A DNA stretch of 59,972 bases. It comes from Ilumatobacteraceae bacterium (lineage in GTDB: Bacteria > Actinomycetota > Acidimicrobiia > Acidimicrobiales > Ilumatobacteraceae). Positions 56,035-59,972 of this stretch are shown here, piece by piece. The stretch covers positions 1-59,972 of the forward strand of contig JALRBT010000001.1 in the NCBI GenBank assembly GCA_023262255.1, read 5' to 3'. The notes under the pieces are model-generated. The model ran no database searches. It saw nothing but the letters and a program-made list of their open reading frames with translations, and was not told the origin of the DNA. The position numbers and the translations under genes were made by a program. Numbering within the stretch: the first letter of the stretch is position 1; every line of letters begins with the position of its first letter.

Positions 56035-57153
56035 TCATGTGGCTGCCGCCTGCACCCGGGAAATCGTCACCTTGTTTCGGCGGAACAATTCACCACCGAG
56101 CGCAAACAGCAGCACGGCGCCTTGGAGCACCACCGCGATGGCGATGGGCACCGGATCGCTGGAAATCTGCAGTGCGTTCCCGCCGGTTCGCAATCCGGCG
56201 AACAACACCGCTGCCACGATCACCGCGATGAAGTTGTACCGCGCCAACGCCGCCACGACGATGCCGGCGTATCCCAAGCCCACCTGCAACAATCCGGGAT
56301 CCACCTTGCCGGCGGGCCCCACCACGTACATGGCACCGCCCACACCCGCGAGCGCACCCGAGATGAGGAGCACCGATGATTGCAGCCAGGCCGAGTTCAT
56401 GCCCGCATACCGCGCCGTGTTCGGCGAGTCGGCATAGACCGCGGTTTCGTACCCGTAGTTGGATAGTCGCATCAGCCAGAACAACACCACGGCGAGAATC
56501 ACCGCGATGAAGAACGTGGGATACGTGTTGGTGACCTTGTCGGTGAAGAACGAAATCGGCGAGAGGCGCGCGCTTTCGGCCACGGGTCGGCCCTGCGGAA
56601 ACGACGTGGTGGGATCCCGGAAGAATCCCGTCGAACCGAAGATGAAGTAGTTCAACAAGTTGAGCGCCACGTAGTTGAGCAGCAGTGTGCTCACGATCTC
56701 GCTGGTGCCGAGGCGGGCCCGTAACAGCGCCGGAACGGCCACCCACATTGCGCCCGCGAATGCGCCGAACAGCAACACCACCGGCACGGCAACCAACGTT
56801 GGCAACGAGTCCGCCAGGGCGATTCCCGCCCACGCGCCACCGATCATGCCGAGGTACAACTGCCCCTCCTGCCCGATGCTGTACAGGTTCATCCGAAACG
56901 CGAACGCCGCAGCAAGACCCGTGCAGATGAGCGGTGTTGCCAGGCCGAGCGTGTCGGTGATGCCGTAGAAACTCGTGTAGCCGTTGTCCACCAGTTTGAG
57001 GTACGTGCCGATCGGTGGATGTCCGGTGGCGGCGAGAAAGATTCCACCCACCACCAACGCAAAGAACACGCTGAACACCGGCACCATGACCAAGAGCGAC
57101 CGTGGGGTGCTCAGCCGTTGTTCCATCCGCACGCGGTAGCCGAGCACGATCAT
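56035..57153 (-). CDS. ABC transporter permease (BMP/nucleoside-sugar uptake family)
   Basis: Polytopic protein. I chose the ATG at 57153; 57126 is also possible, and the ORF-track start at 57216 overlaps the ATPase gene. Confidence 0.8.
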   Translation of the reverse strand: MIVLGYRVRMEQRLSTPRSLLVMVPVFSVFFALVVGGIFLAATGHPPIGTYLKLVDNGYTSFYGITDTLGLATPLICTGLAAAFAFRMNLYSIGQEGQLYLGMIGGAWAGIALADSLPTLVAVPVVLLFGAFAGAMWVAVPALLRARLGTSEIVSTLLLNYVALNLLNYFIFGSTGFFRDPTTSFPQGRPVAESARLSPISFFTDKVTNTYPTFFIAVILAVVLFWLMRLSNYGYETAVYADSPNTARYAGMNSAWLQSSVLLISGALAGVGGAMYVVGPAGKVDPGLLQVGLGYAGIVVAALARYNFIAVIVAAVLFAGLRTGGNALQISSDPVPIAIAVVLQGAVLLFALGGELFRRNKVTISRVQAAAT

Positions 57154-57181
57154 CGGCCCACCTCCACGCAAACGTCGGTGA

Positions 57182-58738
57182 TCATGATGCAATCCCCGCC
57201 ATGGCGCGACCGACACGCTCGAGATCGGCGTGGGTTCCCGGTTGCTCCAGCGTGATCTTTCCGCGGTACAGCACCATCACACGGTCGGCGAGCGTCATCA
57301 CCTCGTCGAGATCTTCACTCACCATGAGGATGGCCTTGCCCGCGTCACGGGCTTCGTCGAGCAGTGCATGCACGGCTTCCACCGCCCCCACGTCCAAACC
57401 ACGCGTCGGTGAGCACACCACCAACACGCGCGCACCGCTCACCGCAAACAATTCGCGAGCCAGCAACACCTTCTGGGCGTTTCCACCCGACAGTTTGCGG
57501 GTGGGCGTGAGTGGTCCGGGTGTCTTTATCTCCAGTTGTCGGATGAACTGCTCCGACTCCGCGAGCGCGGATTTCCGGTCCACCAGGAAACCCCGCTCTC
57601 GAGTCAGCACCATGTTGTCGACGATCGACATCGCCGGTGCCAGTCCGGTGCCCAGTCGATCCTCCGGCACGTACGCCAAACCCGCACGCCGAGCGCCAAG
57701 TGCCCCCGAGCGCGCCGTGGGCGTGCCGCACACCGTCACGTTTCCCTGTTGCGGGGTTTGTAGCCCGGCGATCACTTCGGCGAGGTCGCGTTGACCATTG
57801 CCCGCCACTCCGGCCACACCGACGATTTCGCCGGCGCGCACATCGAGATTGATGTCGGAGAGAATCTCGGCGCCATCGCGCTCGAGATGCACCTGCGACA
57901 CCGAAAGCAACACGTCGCTCATCGGTGATTTGGCGCGACGGGGCACGATATTGATCTCGCGACCAACCATCAATTCCGCCAACTTCCGCACGTCGGCCTC
58001 ACCACGACGCACCGAGCCGGTCACCTTGCCGCCCCGCATCACGGTGATGCGATCGGAGATGTCCACTACCTCGCCCAATTTGTGGCTCACGAACACCACC
58101 GACTTGCCCGTGTGCGTCATTGCCCGAACGGTGACGAACAAATTCTCCACCTCCGGTGGTGCGAGCAGCGCCGTGGGTTCATCCAAAAGCAACACCTCGG
58201 CTCCCTGGTACAGCGCCTTCACGATTTCCACCCGTTGGCGTTCGCCTGCCGAAAGGTCGCCCACCACGGCCCGCGGATTTAGCGGCAACCCGAATTCCTG
58301 GGTGATTGCCGCCACCCGGTCCTCGATGTCGTTGGTGGCCAGCACGAACGACAACGACTTGTGTCCCAACACCACGTTTTCCGCAACCGTGAACCGATCC
58401 ACGAGCCGAAAGTGCTGGTGAACCATGGCGATTCCGTGCGCCAGCCCGTCGCGTGGACTGTTCAGGCGAATTTCGGCACCATTTCGAAGCACTTGGCCCT
58501 CTTCGGGGCGATACAAACCACACAGCACGGATGCCAAGGTGCTCTTGCCCGCTCCGTTCTCCCCCAACAAGGTGTGCACCTCGCCTCGCGCCAGGTCGAA
58601 GTCGACGGCATCGTTCGCGACCACCCCGGGGAACCGTTTGGTGACGCCGCGGGCCTCGAGCGCGGGCTGCGAGGTGCGGCTCGAGCTAGAGGACCCCGCA
58701 ACACTCGTCACAACCGCCAAGTTTGCCACAAACGGCAA
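57182..58738 (-). CDS. ABC transporter ATP-binding protein with duplicated ATPase domains
   Basis: Walker A GENGAGKST with signature LSAGERQR, then a second domain GVAGNGQ with LSGGNAQK. The exact start is uncertain (TTG at 58738 or a downstream GTG). Confidence 0.9.
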   Translation of the reverse strand: MPFVANLAVVTSVAGSSSSSRTSQPALEARGVTKRFPGVVANDAVDFDLARGEVHTLLGENGAGKSTLASVLCGLYRPEEGQVLRNGAEIRLNSPRDGLAHGIAMVHQHFRLVDRFTVAENVVLGHKSLSFVLATNDIEDRVAAITQEFGLPLNPRAVVGDLSAGERQRVEIVKALYQGAEVLLLDEPTALLAPPEVENLFVTVRAMTHTGKSVVFVSHKLGEVVDISDRITVMRGGKVTGSVRRGEADVRKLAELMVGREINIVPRRAKSPMSDVLLSVSQVHLERDGAEILSDINLDVRAGEIVGVAGVAGNGQRDLAEVIAGLQTPQQGNVTVCGTPTARSGALGARRAGLAYVPEDRLGTGLAPAMSIVDNMVLTRERGFLVDRKSALAESEQFIRQLEIKTPGPLTPTRKLSGGNAQKVLLARELFAVSGARVLVVCSPTRGLDVGAVEAVHALLDEARDAGKAILMVSEDLDEVMTLADRVMVLYRGKITLEQPGTHADLERVGRAMAGIAS

Positions 58739-58769
58739 TGCGAGAACTCTCGACGTTCCTACAAAGCGA

Positions 58770-58801
58770 AGCGCCCACCCCGCTTGCGCGAGGTGGGCGC
58801 T
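58770..58801 (-). terminator. strong intercistronic hairpin (10-bp perfect GC-rich stem) between the SBP and ATPase genes; possible attenuator or mRNA-stabilising element
   Basis: AGCGCCCACC (58770-58779) pairs perfectly with GGTGGGCGCT (58792-58801) across a 12-nt loop. On the transcribed strand it is followed by TCGCTTTGT. Confidence 0.5.
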
Positions 58802-58822
58802 CGTTGCTGTCGAGCGAGCGAA

Positions 58823-59972
58823 TCAGCCCTTTGCGGAGCCGATGACTCCTTCGACCAAGTACGACTGACCGAGCAAGTCACCGAGCGAGGCGCTGGCGCC
58901 CGCCGCGATTACTTCATTGCCCTCGTTGTCGTTGATCGGACCACTGAATGGCACGAGCGAGCCATCGATGATGCCCGCTGCCTTCTCAGCGATGAGGTCT
59001 TGCGTCTCTTGCGAGACACTCGAACCGAACACACCGAGGGTGATCATGCCGTCCGCCATCGTGCCGTAGTACGGCGAGTTGTCGCAGATTCCCGCGGCAA
59101 CGTCCTTACCCAGCTTCACGTAGTGCGGTCCCCAGTTCCATACCGGGCCGGTCAGCCAGGTGTCGGGGAAGTCGGACGCGCGAACGTCGGAGTTGTAACC
59201 AACCCACTTGGCGCCTGCCTCACGTGCGGCCTCACCCGTTGCGGACGAGTCCTGGTGCATGCCCAACACGTCGGCACCGGTCGCCAACAGCGACTCTGCG
59301 GCTTCCTTTTCCTTGGCCGGGTCGTACCAGGTGGAGGTCCAAGCAACTTGCACCGTTGCATCCGGGTTCACCGAACGGGCTCCGAGGGTGAAGGCGTTGA
59401 TACCGCGCAACACTTCCGGAATCGGGAACGCGGCGACGTAGCCGAGCTTGCCGCTCGCCGATGCCGCACCTGCGGCAACGCCCGAGAGGTAGCGCGCTTC
59501 TTCCATCGCACCGAAGTAGTTGCCCATGTTGTCGGCGGTCTTGTAGCCCGATGCGTGCTGGAAGCACACGTCCGGATACTTCGCGGCAACCTCGAGCATT
59601 GGGTCCATGTAACCGAACGAGGTTCCCATGATGAGGTTGTAACCGTCGCGAGCGAGTTTGTCGAACACGGCCGTGGCCTCAGCGCCTTCGGGAATGAGCT
59701 CGAGTCGAGTTACCTCGATGCCGAGTTGCTCTTCCATGTACGCGATGCCCTGGTCGTGCATGTAGCTCCAGCCCAGGTCACCCGGTGTGGTGATGTACAC
59801 CACGGCGGCCTTGACCATGCTGTAGTCCTCGGCGGGCTCCGACGTTTCTTCGGCGGCCGCTTCGGTGTCTTCGGTAACTGCCTCTTCTTCGGCTGCGTCA
59901 TCGCTACCGCAGGCTGCGGCAACGATCATCGCTGCTGCAGCGAATGCTGCAGCGATTACCTTTCGTCGTTTC
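58823..59972 (-). CDS. BMP-family (PnrA/Med-like) ABC transporter substrate-binding lipoprotein, 5' end truncated by the window edge
   Basis: The reading frame stays open to the window end (…KRRKVIAAAFAAAAMIVAAACGSDD, lipobox AAAC). An acidic linker follows, then the BMP-like core (VVYITTPGDLGWSY, AAFPIPEV). Confidence 0.85.
   Translation of the reverse strand, partial: KRRKVIAAAFAAAAMIVAAACGSDDAAEEEAVTEDTEAAAEETSEPAEDYSMVKAAVVYITTPGDLGWSYMHDQGIAYMEEQLGIEVTRLELIPEGAEATAVFDKLARDGYNLIMGTSFGYMDPMLEVAAKYPDVCFQHASGYKTADNMGNYFGAMEEARYLSGVAAGAASASGKLGYVAAFPIPEVLRGINAFTLGARSVNPDATVQVAWTSTWYDPAKEKEAAESLLATGADVLGMHQDSSATGEAAREAGAKWVGYNSDVRASDFPDTWLTGPVWNWGPHYVKLGKDVAAGICDNSPYYGTMADGMITLGVFGSSVSQETQDLIAEKAAGIIDGSLVPFSGPINDNEGNEVIAAGASASLGDLLGQSYLVEGVIGSAKG

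Overview
This is a high-GC bacterial chromosomal window (a typical 60-nt line hand-counts to about 65% GC). Gene content and order look like Actinomycetota: tig-clpP-clpX, folC-ndk-mreB-mreC-mreD-PBP2-rodA, rne-rplU-rpmA, an F420/PPOX-type enzyme and an EthA-like monooxygenase. That taxonomic call is inference from synteny only. I support about 60 protein-coding genes, 3 tRNAs (Pro-TGG, Gly-TCC, Val-TAC), a few candidate regulatory sites and one clear hairpin. I saw no rRNA, CRISPR array, transposase, integrase or phage genes. Most of the window is housekeeping: cell shape, proteolysis, translation, nucleotide salvage, glycolysis, and two ABC importers. The most interesting region is 37.5-47.5 kb. 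It is a compact sulfur-compound module containing a persulfide-dioxygenase/rhodanese fusion and a Tat-less molybdopterin oxidoreductase. Alongside these sit a fused FeS+NrfD-like membrane subunit, an oversized TorD-like chaperone, split YeeE/YedE transporters, a GntR/HutC regulator and TauE plus a DUF1634-like partner. Two copies of a near-identical inverted-repeat motif sit just upstream of its two minus-strand transcription units. Five other points merit a second look. One ORF is split by a single in-frame TGA (82-1392). A tetrahydropterin-type trio (SDR, C-X5-HGH PTPS, FolE) lies at 35.1-37.0 kb. A protein fuses a class-I-amidotransferase/S51-like domain to a CysRS/MshC-like C-terminal tail. 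A GNAT gene is ATGA-coupled to an OSBS/NSAR gene. A single-gene low-GC patch (about 50% GC) encodes a Cys-rich secreted protein next to a large secreted propeller protein. All functional calls come from reading the supplied translations for motifs; no database search was run.
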